Assembly: GCA_045589495.1 (NCBI GenBank)
Contig: JAZNPF010000041.1
Location: forward strand, 6,649 to 70,648
Reading direction: 5' to 3'
DNA: 64,000 nucleotides
Source of the DNA: Clostridia bacterium
GTDB lineage: Bacteria > Bacillota > Clostridia > UMGS1810
Below, piece by piece: positions 29,137-38,678 of the stretch (its first letter is position 1; each line of letters begins with the position of its first letter). The position numbers and the translations under genes are program-made. The notes beneath the pieces were generated by a model, which saw only the letters and a list, made by a program, of their open reading frames with translations, ran no database searches and was not told the origin of the DNA.

Positions 29137-31587
29137 TTATTTTGATGTTATATTGCAGATGATTTTAGCAGCCATCGCTCTTGTGAGAGGCTGACGTGGA
29201 TTGAACTTACCGTCAGAGCCTACCATAAGATTATATTTCTGCATAAATTTAACTGCATCTTTTGCATAATCTGCAATTTCCGTTTCATCGGAGAATTCTT
29301 CAACTTCAACTTCTTCAAAATCAAATTCTTTCTGTAATAAATAACGATATACAATAACGGCTATGTCCTGTCTGGTCATTACGTTGCCAAACCCAAATTC
29401 ATTTTCACTAATACCGTTTATAAGACCTGCTCCATCTGCGGTTGTAATGTATTTATTGCACCACATGTCTTCTGTAATATCAGTAAATGAAGATTGATCA
29501 TTTTCTGAGGTTATTTCGAATGCTTCAACAATGATTTTAGCCATTTCTTCGCGTTTGAGGTAGTTATCAGGATAGAAGTTTCCGCTACCGTCGCCCGTCA
29601 TAATACCTTTATCACGAACAGCGTAGATAGCATCTGCAGCCCAGTGATTTTTGTAAACATCTGTATAATCATTATTTGCCGGTTCGGGAGTTACCACAGG
29701 TTGCGGAACAACCGGTGTTCCCTCTTTTTTGGTGTCTTCTTTTTTAGAAATGGTAACACTTCCAAATCCGCCACCACCTGAATAAGAAGGTGTATAAGTT
29801 GGCTCTGGTTCAGGTTCTTCAACAGGTGCATTTACAACTGCATTTACAGCACCCACAAGTTTTGCCATTTCTGTTGCAAGGTTAAAGTTGTTTGTAAGGC
29901 TTAAACCTGCATCTAAAATTGAAGATGCCGCTGCTACCTGAATAGAAGAATCAACTGTTTCATAATCTTCATCAAGACCGCAGTCTTTTAAGATATCATA
30001 ATATTCATCATCATCAACAAAAGAGTTTAAAACGTCTACAACATTAATTCGTGTAGCAAAATTCAAAGCATAAAACATTTCTGCAGTTTTGATAAATTTG
30101 TCAAGAGCAACCTCATCAGTAATTATGCCGACATTTGACACAAGAAGTTCACATATCTGTAATGTATAATCTTTATAGTGACCTGTTAGATCAAGGTTAA
30201 ACACAGATTTATTTTCTTCAAGCAGTTGCGCAATTATAGCAGGTTCGGTTTTTTCTTTCAATCCCACAAACGTTACTTTGTAAGAAAAAACATCTTTCAA
30301 TTCCTGAACAGTTTGAAATGCTTTACCTGAAACCGAAGAATATACCTCATTTTTATTAGTCAAAGAATCAAAAAGACTTCCCGAACCGATATCAAGGTCA
30401 TAAAAAAACTGATCTCCAAAAAGCAGAGCAATAACCTCATCAGTTGTTTTTGATGTAAAGTCAAGTTTTGAAATTCTGTCCGCTGCATCATAAACAGTAA
30501 ATGTATCGGTATAATTTGTGCCAATGTGCTGTATCTCAATATTTATAGTATAAACGCCTGTATCGTCCGGAGTTTCTATTACAAACGCATCGCTAAAAGT
30601 TCCGTCTTCTCCGACAGTTATTGTTTTTTTGCGTATTTCGTTTGTAAGTGCATCTGTTAATTTAAAAGTCAGTTTTACTGGCGATGCCGGAGCAACACTA
30701 CCTTTAATTTCAAAATTATTATCACACAATGATAAATCGTCTACAGAAATCGTATAAGCGCCGCTTTTATATGCTGACATATAAACATTATCTATATTAA
30801 CGGCATTATCTGTATAAGAAGCAAGATAAAACATCTGAGTATCATTCCACAGTACATCAGTTGCATTTTCAGACACTTTTGAGAATACTTCAACTCCATC
30901 AAATTTCATAGTAAGTTTACCGTTTTCATATCTGTATTCTACAGGATACCAGTTTTTTGCAGAAACACTTACACCATCCACTTTATTACTATCAATAGCT
31001 TCAGGCCACTGCCAACCGCTCATTTGTCCATAATAAGCATTTCCGTCTTTCAAAATTAAGGAATGACGTTCGTAGTCAGATATACAATATCTTATATCTG
31101 TAAGGTCAATTGTATTTGGATTTTCAATCATGATATCAAATTCGATAACAAAAGAGTCTGCACCATTTGAAATAGCATCTGTAAGGTATGTCTCGAAATT
31201 TGCTCTGCTGAATGCAAGTTGAGTACCTTGTGTGGCACGGAATGTTTTATTAGTTATACTGTTATCAACACTATCCATAAATTTTTCAATTGCAAAAGTA
31301 CGAGAATATCTGCCATTCCATTCAGTAATACCACTTGCAGAAGACCCGTTTAAAAAAACACCTGTCTCAGCAAGTTCAGCAACACCGGCGTCTGATCCTG
31401 TTGCAATTCCATAATCTGCACCATTTAAAGTAGTACGATATTGCGTATAAGATTCAAAATCTTCGTCACAATACGGCTCGATTACCACTGCACCTTCTCC
31501 ATCAGCAAAAACCGTAACGACAGAAAATGAAGATAATAACATCATTGTCGAAACCAACAAAGAAATAATTCTTTTTGTAATAGTCAT
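29137..31587 (-). CDS. Secreted LamG-like/Ig-like protein with three C-terminal SLH domains (816 aa)
   Basis: Signal peptide ending VFA. The N-terminal module is paralogous to 31710..33506. A Pro/Glu/Gly linker follows, then three SLH repeats (YTDVYKNHWAADAIYAVRDKGIMTGDG..., FTDITEDMWCNKYI..., FSDETEIADYAKDAVKFM...). Confidence 0.65.
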   Translation of the reverse strand: MTITKRIISLLVSTMMLLSSFSVVTVFADGEGAVVIEPYCDEDFESYTQYRTTLNGADYGIATGSDAGVAELAETGVFLNGSSASGITEWNGRYSRTFAIEKFMDSVDNSITNKTFRATQGTQLAFSRANFETYLTDAISNGADSFVIEFDIMIENPNTIDLTDIRYCISDYERHSLILKDGNAYYGQMSGWQWPEAIDSNKVDGVSVSAKNWYPVEYRYENGKLTMKFDGVEVFSKVSENATDVLWNDTQMFYLASYTDNAVNIDNVYMSAYKSGAYTISVDDLSLCDNNFEIKGSVAPASPVKLTFKLTDALTNEIRKKTITVGEDGTFSDAFVIETPDDTGVYTINIEIQHIGTNYTDTFTVYDAADRISKLDFTSKTTDEVIALLFGDQFFYDLDIGSGSLFDSLTNKNEVYSSVSGKAFQTVQELKDVFSYKVTFVGLKEKTEPAIIAQLLEENKSVFNLDLTGHYKDYTLQICELLVSNVGIITDEVALDKFIKTAEMFYALNFATRINVVDVLNSFVDDDEYYDILKDCGLDEDYETVDSSIQVAAASSILDAGLSLTNNFNLATEMAKLVGAVNAVVNAPVEEPEPEPTYTPSYSGGGGFGSVTISKKEDTKKEGTPVVPQPVVTPEPANNDYTDVYKNHWAADAIYAVRDKGIMTGDGSGNFYPDNYLKREEMAKIIVEAFEITSENDQSSFTDITEDMWCNKYITTADGAGLINGISENEFGFGNVMTRQDIAVIVYRYLLQKEFDFEEVEVEEFSDETEIADYAKDAVKFMQKYNLMVGSDGKFNPRQPLTRAMAAKIICNITSK
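30756..31491 (-). repeat. Paralogous roughly 245-codon module, copy A (pairs with 32681..33401)
   Basis: By-eye alignment shows about two-thirds amino-acid identity, including long identical runs (ERHSLIL, GNAYYGQMSGWQ, NWYPVEYRYE.GKLTMKFDGVEVFSK, SYTDNAVNIDNV). Confidence 0.8.
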
Positions 31588-31636
31588 TTTTAAATCCCCT
31601 TCCTCATAATAAAGATGTAAAATTAAATGTATCTGA

Positions 31637-31694
31637 CTTAAACAGATATTCCGATATTCAATCCGAAGATTGAATATCGTGATATTTGTTTAAG
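31637..31694 (-). other. Long compound hairpin between the two paralogous genes
   Basis: The outer 13-bp stem is CTTAAACAGATAT / ATATTTGTTTAAG and the inner 11-bp stem is CGATATTCAAT / ATTGAATATCG, with loop CCGAAG. Confidence 0.75.
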
Positions 31695-31709
31695 ATTTTT
31701 ATTTACAAA

Positions 31710-33506
31710 TCAGTTCACTGAAAGAGGTACAAAATCTGTAAAGGGTTTAAAATTATCGCCCCATACAAATGCTTTTACTGTGTAGTTACCAGTTTCCGGA
31801 ACTGTAAGTGTTGCTGTCTGGCTTCCTGCACCTATAGAAGCAGGAGTTGCACTAACACCTTTAACGACATCAACCATCTGCTTGGTATCTTTGTTATATA
31901 CAGCAACATATGTCTGTAATCCATGCAATAATCTGCTTTCATAAGTTGCAGTTACTGTTGCATTACCGCCATTGGATACGCTTTCAGAGAATGTAGCATC
32001 CAATGTATCAACACCATCGGAGTAGCACTGGAATTTTAAATTATCCATGCACATAGCCGCAGTATTGGCAAGTGCTCCCAGGTACATCCAGTCATATGCA
32101 GCGTCATTAGCACTTGCAAAGCCAGATTTTTCTGCTACAAGTTTATCATTGAAGAACGCTCTTAATGTTCCGTCATTATATGCATAAGAAATTTTATTCC
32201 ATTCATTTGCTGCAATTGTAATACCCTCTACAGGTACCATCTCATCAGAAAAAGTATTATGACCTACTCTTGCATATACTTTATCATCTTTAAAGAAGAA
32301 CATGAAGTAAGGACCGCCATCTGAAATATTCGCAGGTCTGTATCTCATTTCCAATGCAGTTGCAGGCAACATATCAAGCATAAAATCAAAATCAATTATA
32401 AATGACTCTGCACCGCACTCACTGATATATTCGCTGAATTTAGTAAATGGTGTAGTTTCACCGCCCAGATGTGTACCAACTGTTGCTCTGAAATACTTAT
32501 TGCTATTGCTATCTATCATTATAGATGTATAACGCGCATATCCATTATGGTCGAGGCTACCGCCATAAGCAGCATTAATTACGCCATTTGCTGCCAGCGC
32601 CATTACGCCATTGTCACCATCCTGATTAGGATTTGCCTGATAAGTTTCAAATGTTTCATTAAGCCATACGCTGTTTGGCGAAGGTACCCATTTATATGCA
32701 CCGATTTCCACATTATCAATATTTACAGCATTATCTGTATACGAAGCGATGAAAAACATCTGAGTATCATTCCACAGAATATCAGTCATATTTGCAGATG
32801 CCTTCGAGAATACTTCAACCCCATCAAATTTCATAGTAAGTTTGCCGCTCTCATATCTGTATTCTACAGGATACCAGTTATTTGCAGAAACATTTACACC
32901 TGCTACTTTGTTAGTATCATTAATTTCAGGAGCCTGCCAACCGCTCATTTGTCCATAATAAGCATTTCCGCCACTTAAAATCAAGGAATGGCGTTCCCAG
33001 TCTTGTATACTATATCTTATATCTGTAAAGGATGTTGCATTTGGGTTTTCAATCATGATATCAAATTTGATAGCGAAAGAGTCTGCACCGTTTGTAATAG
33101 CATTTGTAAGATAACTTTCAAAATTCGCTCTGCTAAATGCAATTTGTGTATCAAGTGTAGCACGGAAGGTATTATTAGTTTTATCTCCATCTACATATTT
33201 TTCAATTGAAAAATTACGTGTATAGTTACCAGCCCAGTCATTACCACCGCTTGTTACAGTACCATTTAAAAAAACACCTGTCTGAGAAAGAGCCGCAATA
33301 CCGTCTTCATTTCCGCCATCAAATGTTACTGTACCGCCTGTATTAATACGGTAATAGCTATAAGATTCAAAATTTTCATTACAATACGGCTCTATTGCCA
33401 CTGCGGTTGATGTAGCCGCAAAAACAGTTGTGCTGACAAACATAGATGCAACCATCAGCACCATAAGCGAAAGTGAAACAATTTTCTTAAATGTTTTCAT
33501 TTTCAA
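31710..33506 (-). CDS. Secreted protein with two tandem LamG-like modules and a C-terminal Ig-like domain (598 aa)
   Basis: Signal peptide ending VFAA. Module 1 is paralogous to the N-terminus of 29137..31587. Module 2 repeats the same motif order (ETFETY...FRATVGT...SFIIDFDFML...WNKISYAYNDGTL...MDNL). Confidence 0.6.
   Translation of the reverse strand: MKMKTFKKIVSLSLMVLMVASMFVSTTVFAATSTAVAIEPYCNENFESYSYYRINTGGTVTFDGGNEDGIAALSQTGVFLNGTVTSGGNDWAGNYTRNFSIEKYVDGDKTNNTFRATLDTQIAFSRANFESYLTNAITNGADSFAIKFDIMIENPNATSFTDIRYSIQDWERHSLILSGGNAYYGQMSGWQAPEINDTNKVAGVNVSANNWYPVEYRYESGKLTMKFDGVEVFSKASANMTDILWNDTQMFFIASYTDNAVNIDNVEIGAYKWVPSPNSVWLNETFETYQANPNQDGDNGVMALAANGVINAAYGGSLDHNGYARYTSIMIDSNSNKYFRATVGTHLGGETTPFTKFSEYISECGAESFIIDFDFMLDMLPATALEMRYRPANISDGGPYFMFFFKDDKVYARVGHNTFSDEMVPVEGITIAANEWNKISYAYNDGTLRAFFNDKLVAEKSGFASANDAAYDWMYLGALANTAAMCMDNLKFQCYSDGVDTLDATFSESVSNGGNATVTATYESRLLHGLQTYVAVYNKDTKQMVDVVKGVSATPASIGAGSQTATLTVPETGNYTVKAFVWGDNFKPFTDFVPLSVN
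32681..33401 (-). repeat. Paralogous module, copy B (pairs with 30756..31491)
   Basis: See copy A. Confidence 0.8.
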
Positions 33507-33645
33507 AACTCCTTTTCTTAAATTTGAAATTATTTTGTTATGTCAACAAACATAGCAAAATATAGAAAATATTTCATCTCACACAACCAAGGCGAAATTA
33601 AATCACAAGGATTTATTGGTTATGTGTAATAAAATTCAAACTAAA

Positions 33646-34530
33646 TTAACCTTTTACAGCACCAAGCATTACACCGCTTTCGAAATATTTCTGTATAAAA
33701 GGATATACACACAGAATCGGAACGGTTGCTACCATGGTTACTGCATACTTGATACTCTCAGCTACACTGTACTGGTCTTCCATACTAACACCTTGTGACA
33801 TTGACGTGGTATCGTTTTGGATAAGGATTTCACGTAACACAAGTTGAAGAGGATATTTTTTTCTGTCGTTTATAAAAAGAACGGCATTAAACCACGAGTT
33901 CCAGTGCGAAACTGCGTAGTACAAAATTACTACTGCTATGGTTGCACGAGCCAAGGGGAATATGATTGAGAAAAGTATTCTCATATGTCCTGCACCATCA
34001 AGTATGGCTGATTCTTCCATACTATCGGGTATTGCCGCGAAAGCACTTCTTGTGATAATCATATTGTAAGATGAAAGTGCTGTAGGCAGTATAAGCGCCC
34101 AAAGCGAATCCTCAAGACCTATTCCTTTAACCAAGAAGTAAAAAGGAATTGTACCACCGGATATGTACATGGTTATTATGATAAATATCATGATGCCTTT
34201 CTGAAAGTACACATTCTTTCTGGAAAGCACATACGCTGTCATCGATGTAATAACTATATTTATAGCAAGACCTGCCGCAACTACAAACAATGTATTTATA
34301 TACGATGAAAGTATTATTGGGTTTTTTGCAACCGCCTTATATGCTTCAACAGAGAATCCAATAGGTTTTAAAATAACACCTTTATGAGCCAGAAGCATTC
34401 CTGCATCGCTGAATGATGCACACAACACATGCCACATAGGGTAAAGCATTATGAATATCATACCAAGCATTATAATTGAGTTAACTACAGTAAAAATCTT
34501 TTCACCAGTTGTTTTAATTCTATTATCCAT
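33646..34530 (-). CDS. Carbohydrate ABC transporter permease (LplC-like)
   Basis: Six TM helices and an EAA-like loop (DSMEESAILDGAGHMRILFSIIFPL). ATG at 34530 follows AAGGAGGG. Confidence 0.85.
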   Translation of the reverse strand: MDNRIKTTGEKIFTVVNSIIMLGMIFIMLYPMWHVLCASFSDAGMLLAHKGVILKPIGFSVEAYKAVAKNPIILSSYINTLFVVAAGLAINIVITSMTAYVLSRKNVYFQKGIMIFIIITMYISGGTIPFYFLVKGIGLEDSLWALILPTALSSYNMIITRSAFAAIPDSMEESAILDGAGHMRILFSIIFPLARATIAVVILYYAVSHWNSWFNAVLFINDRKKYPLQLVLREILIQNDTTSMSQGVSMEDQYSVAESIKYAVTMVATVPILCVYPFIQKYFESGVMLGAVKG

Positions 34531-34547
34531 TATGTATTTACCCTCCT

Positions 34548-35498
34548 TTACCACAAACTACTGTCTGTAACTTTCTTGGATATTGAGTTTGCAAGAGTTA
34601 CAAGTATAAGGTTGGCAACTGAATTGAATAAGCCAATGGCCGTGGTGTAACTCCACTGCTGTCCCTGAAAACCTATTCTGTATACATAAGTTGATATGGT
34701 TTCGCTTTTATCATATATAAGTTCGTTATAAAGAAGAATTATCTTTTCAAAGCCTACAGAAAGCAAAGAACCCACAGTTATTATCAACAATGTAACAATA
34801 GTAGGAGTGATACCCGGCAATGTAATATGGATTATCTGTTTTATTCTGCCAGCGCCATCAAGTTGTGCGGCTTCGTACAAAGATCCGTCTATGCCCGACA
34901 ACGCAGCAAGATATATAATAGAACCCCATCCAATCTCCTGCCATATGTCAGACATAATATACAAGGGCACAAACCATTCACTCTTAGTAAGCAGATTAAC
35001 ATTATTACCTGTAAAAGGTAAAAACATATTAGTAAGAAGTCCGTCTGTTGCCACAAATGTTTTCACCAGACCACAAATAACTACCAATGAAATAAAATGA
35101 GGCATATACGATATAGTCTGTGTTACCCTTTTGAAGATTCCATCGCTCATTTCATTAATAAGAATGGCAAATATAATCGGCATAGGGAATCCGAAAACCA
35201 ACGATGATATACTTATTCTCAGTGTGTTAGTAATCAGACGAACACAGTCAGGGCTATTAAAGAAAGCCTTAAAGTGAGCAAATCCTACCCAAGGACTATC
35301 TAAAAATCCAAGTCCCGGTGAATAATCCATAAACGCAATCATCGCACCGTACATAGGACCATAGCAGAATATTATGTAATATACCAATGCTGGTATTATC
35401 ATAAGATACAGCGACCAGTTACGTTTCAGGTCAGAACGAATTATGCTGCTCTTTTTAAGTTGTTTTTGGTGATTTATCACCGTAACATTATCGTTCAT
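34548..35498 (-). CDS. Carbohydrate ABC transporter permease (LplB-like)
   Basis: EAA loop LYEAAQLDGAGRIKQIIHITLPGI. The long N-terminal cytoplasmic segment is typical of LplB/YtcP-type permeases. Confidence 0.85.
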   Translation of the reverse strand: MNDNVTVINHQKQLKKSSIIRSDLKRNWSLYLMIIPALVYYIIFCYGPMYGAMIAFMDYSPGLGFLDSPWVGFAHFKAFFNSPDCVRLITNTLRISISSLVFGFPMPIIFAILINEMSDGIFKRVTQTISYMPHFISLVVICGLVKTFVATDGLLTNMFLPFTGNNVNLLTKSEWFVPLYIMSDIWQEIGWGSIIYLAALSGIDGSLYEAAQLDGAGRIKQIIHITLPGITPTIVTLLIITVGSLLSVGFEKIILLYNELIYDKSETISTYVYRIGFQGQQWSYTTAIGLFNSVANLILVTLANSISKKVTDSSLW

Positions 35499-35539
35499 TT
35501 AATTTAACATTCCTTCCCAAATTACACAGTTAAAATTCA

Positions 35540-35589
35540 GTGGCACTCCGAAGTCGCACATATAGGAGATAGTTTCTCCGAAGTGCCAC
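35540..35589 (-). other. Intercistronic stem-loop between the binding-protein and permease genes
   Basis: On the transcribed minus strand the arms (35540-35553 and 35576-35589) form 14 bp including two G-U pairs. Confidence 0.6.
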
Positions 35590-35625
35590 ACTATATAAAC
35601 TGTATTTTTCAATTAACTGACACAA

Positions 35626-37170
35626 TTATCTTGCGTTAAATGCGTCAAGTGCTTCTTGTTTAATTTCCATAAGTCTGTCTATTCCTCTTGATTTCAGACC
35701 ATCTACAAATTTGTCATAGTTTTCAATAGGTTCTACACCCATAACGAATTTCATAAACATCTCAGATGCATATGTTGTAATATCTGTCTGCAAACGAGTG
35801 TATTCACTGATATCCTCTTCCTTGGGATTTACAGGCGGATACATTGTGGCTGATGCCTGATGCTGTCTCCAGATTTCAAGAGTTTTCTTCTGTGAAGGAA
35901 GGGCTGCATACTGTTCCATATAACGAGCATCCTGAATTGTAGGTGCAGCTATAGATGCCTGTGTATATCTGCCAAGTGTTTCAGCAATTGCCAGACCATC
36001 GGGGTTGTTTGTGATAAGATCAGTATATTTGGGATAGCCGTCAATCATTTCATAAGTTAATCCCTCTACACCGAAGTTCATAAACATACGACCTTCTTCA
36101 CTATATCCGTAATCAAGCAGTTTAAGTGCTGTATCAATATTTTTACAATTTGTAGTAATTACACCTGCACTACCACCTGAAACAGCAGTACAGTTTGCTA
36201 TTGTAACAGAATCACCTTTCTGTTTTACAGGGTAAGGTGCACCAACAAGATCGTATCCATCTATTGTAGCAGCGTTCATATATCTTCCTATACCAGAACC
36301 GATACTGTTGTATGTAACGCCACTGACACCTGTAAGTATATTTGAATTAACTGTGATATCGTCGATTGTTGCAATGTCTTTATCAATAAGGCCTTCGTTA
36401 TACCACTGATTCATTTTGGCAAGGTAATCTTTGTATTCAGGCTGAAGCGGACCATACATCGCCTTACCGTCTTTCTGATAGAAATAATCAGAAATACCAA
36501 AACCTGTTGCAAAAGGAGACAAGCCCCATGTGCGTGCTGAAAGTGGAGCTTTAGCACCTTTCTGTTCCTTGAATGCCTTAAGAACTATTTCCCATTCCTC
36601 AATTGTTTCAGGAATTTCAAGGCCAAGGTCCTGCAACCAGTCACTTCTTAAAATCATACCATCTGTAAGTGTCAGCGCAGAAGTTCCCTTGATAGAAGTG
36701 AAGCCATAATAATCTCCGTTATCAGTCTTTGAAAGTTTATCTACATCATCATGTTCCGCCAGATAACTGAAAAAGTTGGGTGCTTTATCTTTATAATCAT
36801 TCAAGGGAATAATTCTTTTTTCCCTGATCGCTTTTGCAGGGCCACCTGCGTAATTAGCGTTCCAATCCCAGAAAATAATATCAGGCATATCGTTTGATGC
36901 AATAAGAAGATTGAATTTTTCAACCTCCTGACCAACGGGAGGATGAATGTACTCTATGTCTATGCCAAGTCTTTTCTGAAGTTCCTGTGCATAAGGAGTT
37001 TCATCCATATTGGAAAGTGTCTGTGATACAGCTGGATTAAATTGCGCCCAATATGTCAACTTATTTGGATCGCCTGCAGTTTCTGTTGCTTTTTTTCCGC
37101 ATCCAGAAAAGATACAAGTCATAACCATAGTCAGCGCTATCAGCCCACAAAATAGTCTTTTCTTGTTCAT
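35626..37170 (-). CDS. Extracellular solute-binding lipoprotein of the ABC importer (LplA-like)
   Basis: Lipobox IFSGCGKK after a signal sequence. It is a 514 aa large family-1 SBP adjacent to the two permeases. No ATPase gene is present in the operon. Confidence 0.85.
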   Translation of the reverse strand: MNKKRLFCGLIALTMVMTCIFSGCGKKATETAGDPNKLTYWAQFNPAVSQTLSNMDETPYAQELQKRLGIDIEYIHPPVGQEVEKFNLLIASNDMPDIIFWDWNANYAGGPAKAIREKRIIPLNDYKDKAPNFFSYLAEHDDVDKLSKTDNGDYYGFTSIKGTSALTLTDGMILRSDWLQDLGLEIPETIEEWEIVLKAFKEQKGAKAPLSARTWGLSPFATGFGISDYFYQKDGKAMYGPLQPEYKDYLAKMNQWYNEGLIDKDIATIDDITVNSNILTGVSGVTYNSIGSGIGRYMNAATIDGYDLVGAPYPVKQKGDSVTIANCTAVSGGSAGVITTNCKNIDTALKLLDYGYSEEGRMFMNFGVEGLTYEMIDGYPKYTDLITNNPDGLAIAETLGRYTQASIAAPTIQDARYMEQYAALPSQKKTLEIWRQHQASATMYPPVNPKEEDISEYTRLQTDITTYASEMFMKFVMGVEPIENYDKFVDGLKSRGIDRLMEIKQEALDAFNAR

Positions 37171-37400
37171 GTTCTTTACCTCTCTTTTAATTTAGTTTTC
37201 CGAGAATTCTCCTCGAATAAATCCTTACAGTTTAATTTTATTTAATCCCTATGTCAAAGTAAAGCGACAGTTTCACTTATTAAAGGACAAATTCAACAAT
37301 GCCTGCTATATTCTTAGTCCAAATGCGAATTCATGGCTTTTAATCTGTTTAATCGAACACACAAATTGTTTGAATTCCCCAAATCTAGAACAATATCAAA

Positions 37401-37444
37401 TAAAAGAAAATGGATGCTTTCTATATCACACAAGAAAGCATCCA
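37401..37444 (-). terminator. Rho-independent terminator after the beta-helix gene
   Basis: TGGATGCTTTCT / AGAAAGCATCCA stem, followed on the minus strand by a T-rich run. Confidence 0.7.
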
Positions 37445-37454
37445 TAAATACTTC

Positions 37455-38663
37455 TTAATCTTCAATCAGCATATTGGTAAAGAGTTGTTTTTTTATTACC
37501 CCGTTATTTACTATCGCTGTCATTTTAGTCCCTGTATGGTTTTCAACAGAAAAATCATTAATTACAAAATTATCAATCACAGCATTTTCATCTATCTGAA
37601 TTGTATGTACAGGGTTTGCATATTCCCTGCGATAAAGTCCGTTTATTGACAGGTGTTTTATGTTTGTTTCACTCTGTATCCATATAAACGGGAAATGAAT
37701 ATGTCTGTGTTCCCACATATGCACTTCATGAAATGGCAGACGCTCGGCTTTTGATGCATGAATATTATTAAGCGATATAGCATCAAAATATCCCGTTGTC
37801 TCGACAGAATAAAACTTTGTAAGACCAATACAATATTGATAGTAACTACCAAAAACATTGGAAATTGTTATATGTTCGATATTTTGCTGTACGGTAAGCA
37901 ATCTTACTCCACTATGGCAGCTTTCCGCAAACAATCCATCTATCTCAATATTGGTAATATCGCCTCCTGAACCTTCATAGGCATTCAGTGCAACAAGGTC
38001 ATCATAGCATGTACCTTTTATATTTCTAATTACACCATAATGGCATCCACCGTTAAGATGAATTCCATCCATGTTTATCGCATATGGATTTCCATCATTA
38101 TAATCAAAATCTATATTCTCGACAGTGAAATACGATCCTGTATCAATCATAACAGCAAAATTTGACGGATCCTTTAGTGTCATATTTGAAATCCTGAAAT
38201 TTTTAACATTATAAAAAAGCATTATATGCCCAAGGAAATGTCTTTCATCAAATTTTTCAGTTTGTATCGGGTTTGGATCTTGATTTTTATTATTGAAATT
38301 CCAGATGCCACCCTCAATTTCAAAATTACTACATACATCTTCAGCATCAGGCGAAAACTCGTCAATATAATACCACACATCCCTTTCTAACTGTGAAAGG
38401 CCGTCGCGGAGTCGCTTCTGAGGTTTATGCACTGTCTTATTCTTCAACATAAAACAGTTGGCTCCATCAGCGAGCATGATTTCTGCGTATCTTGGTAATT
38501 TTAATTTGAAGTTAGATGGGATTTCAATTGGTTTTGTAATCAGATACTTGTTTTCAGGGACAGGCAGGCAAACTTCACACCCACCGTTATCTATCATCTC
38601 CTGTATTGCAGGATAATCATCATGAATTCCATCTCCATACAATGTGAATTTATATTCATTCAT
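37455..38663 (-). CDS. Right-handed beta-helix (pectate-lyase-superfamily / GH28-related) protein, cytoplasmic
   Basis: N-terminal GDGIHDDYPAIQEMID motif of the pectate_lyase_3-type fold, with repetitive beta-helix-like segments. Confidence 0.55.
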   Translation of the reverse strand: MNEYKFTLYGDGIHDDYPAIQEMIDNGGCEVCLPVPENKYLITKPIEIPSNFKLKLPRYAEIMLADGANCFMLKNKTVHKPQKRLRDGLSQLERDVWYYIDEFSPDAEDVCSNFEIEGGIWNFNNKNQDPNPIQTEKFDERHFLGHIMLFYNVKNFRISNMTLKDPSNFAVMIDTGSYFTVENIDFDYNDGNPYAINMDGIHLNGGCHYGVIRNIKGTCYDDLVALNAYEGSGGDITNIEIDGLFAESCHSGVRLLTVQQNIEHITISNVFGSYYQYCIGLTKFYSVETTGYFDAISLNNIHASKAERLPFHEVHMWEHRHIHFPFIWIQSETNIKHLSINGLYRREYANPVHTIQIDENAVIDNFVINDFSVENHTGTKMTAIVNNGVIKKQLFTNMLIED

Positions 38664-38678
38664 AATAGTTTCGCCCTC

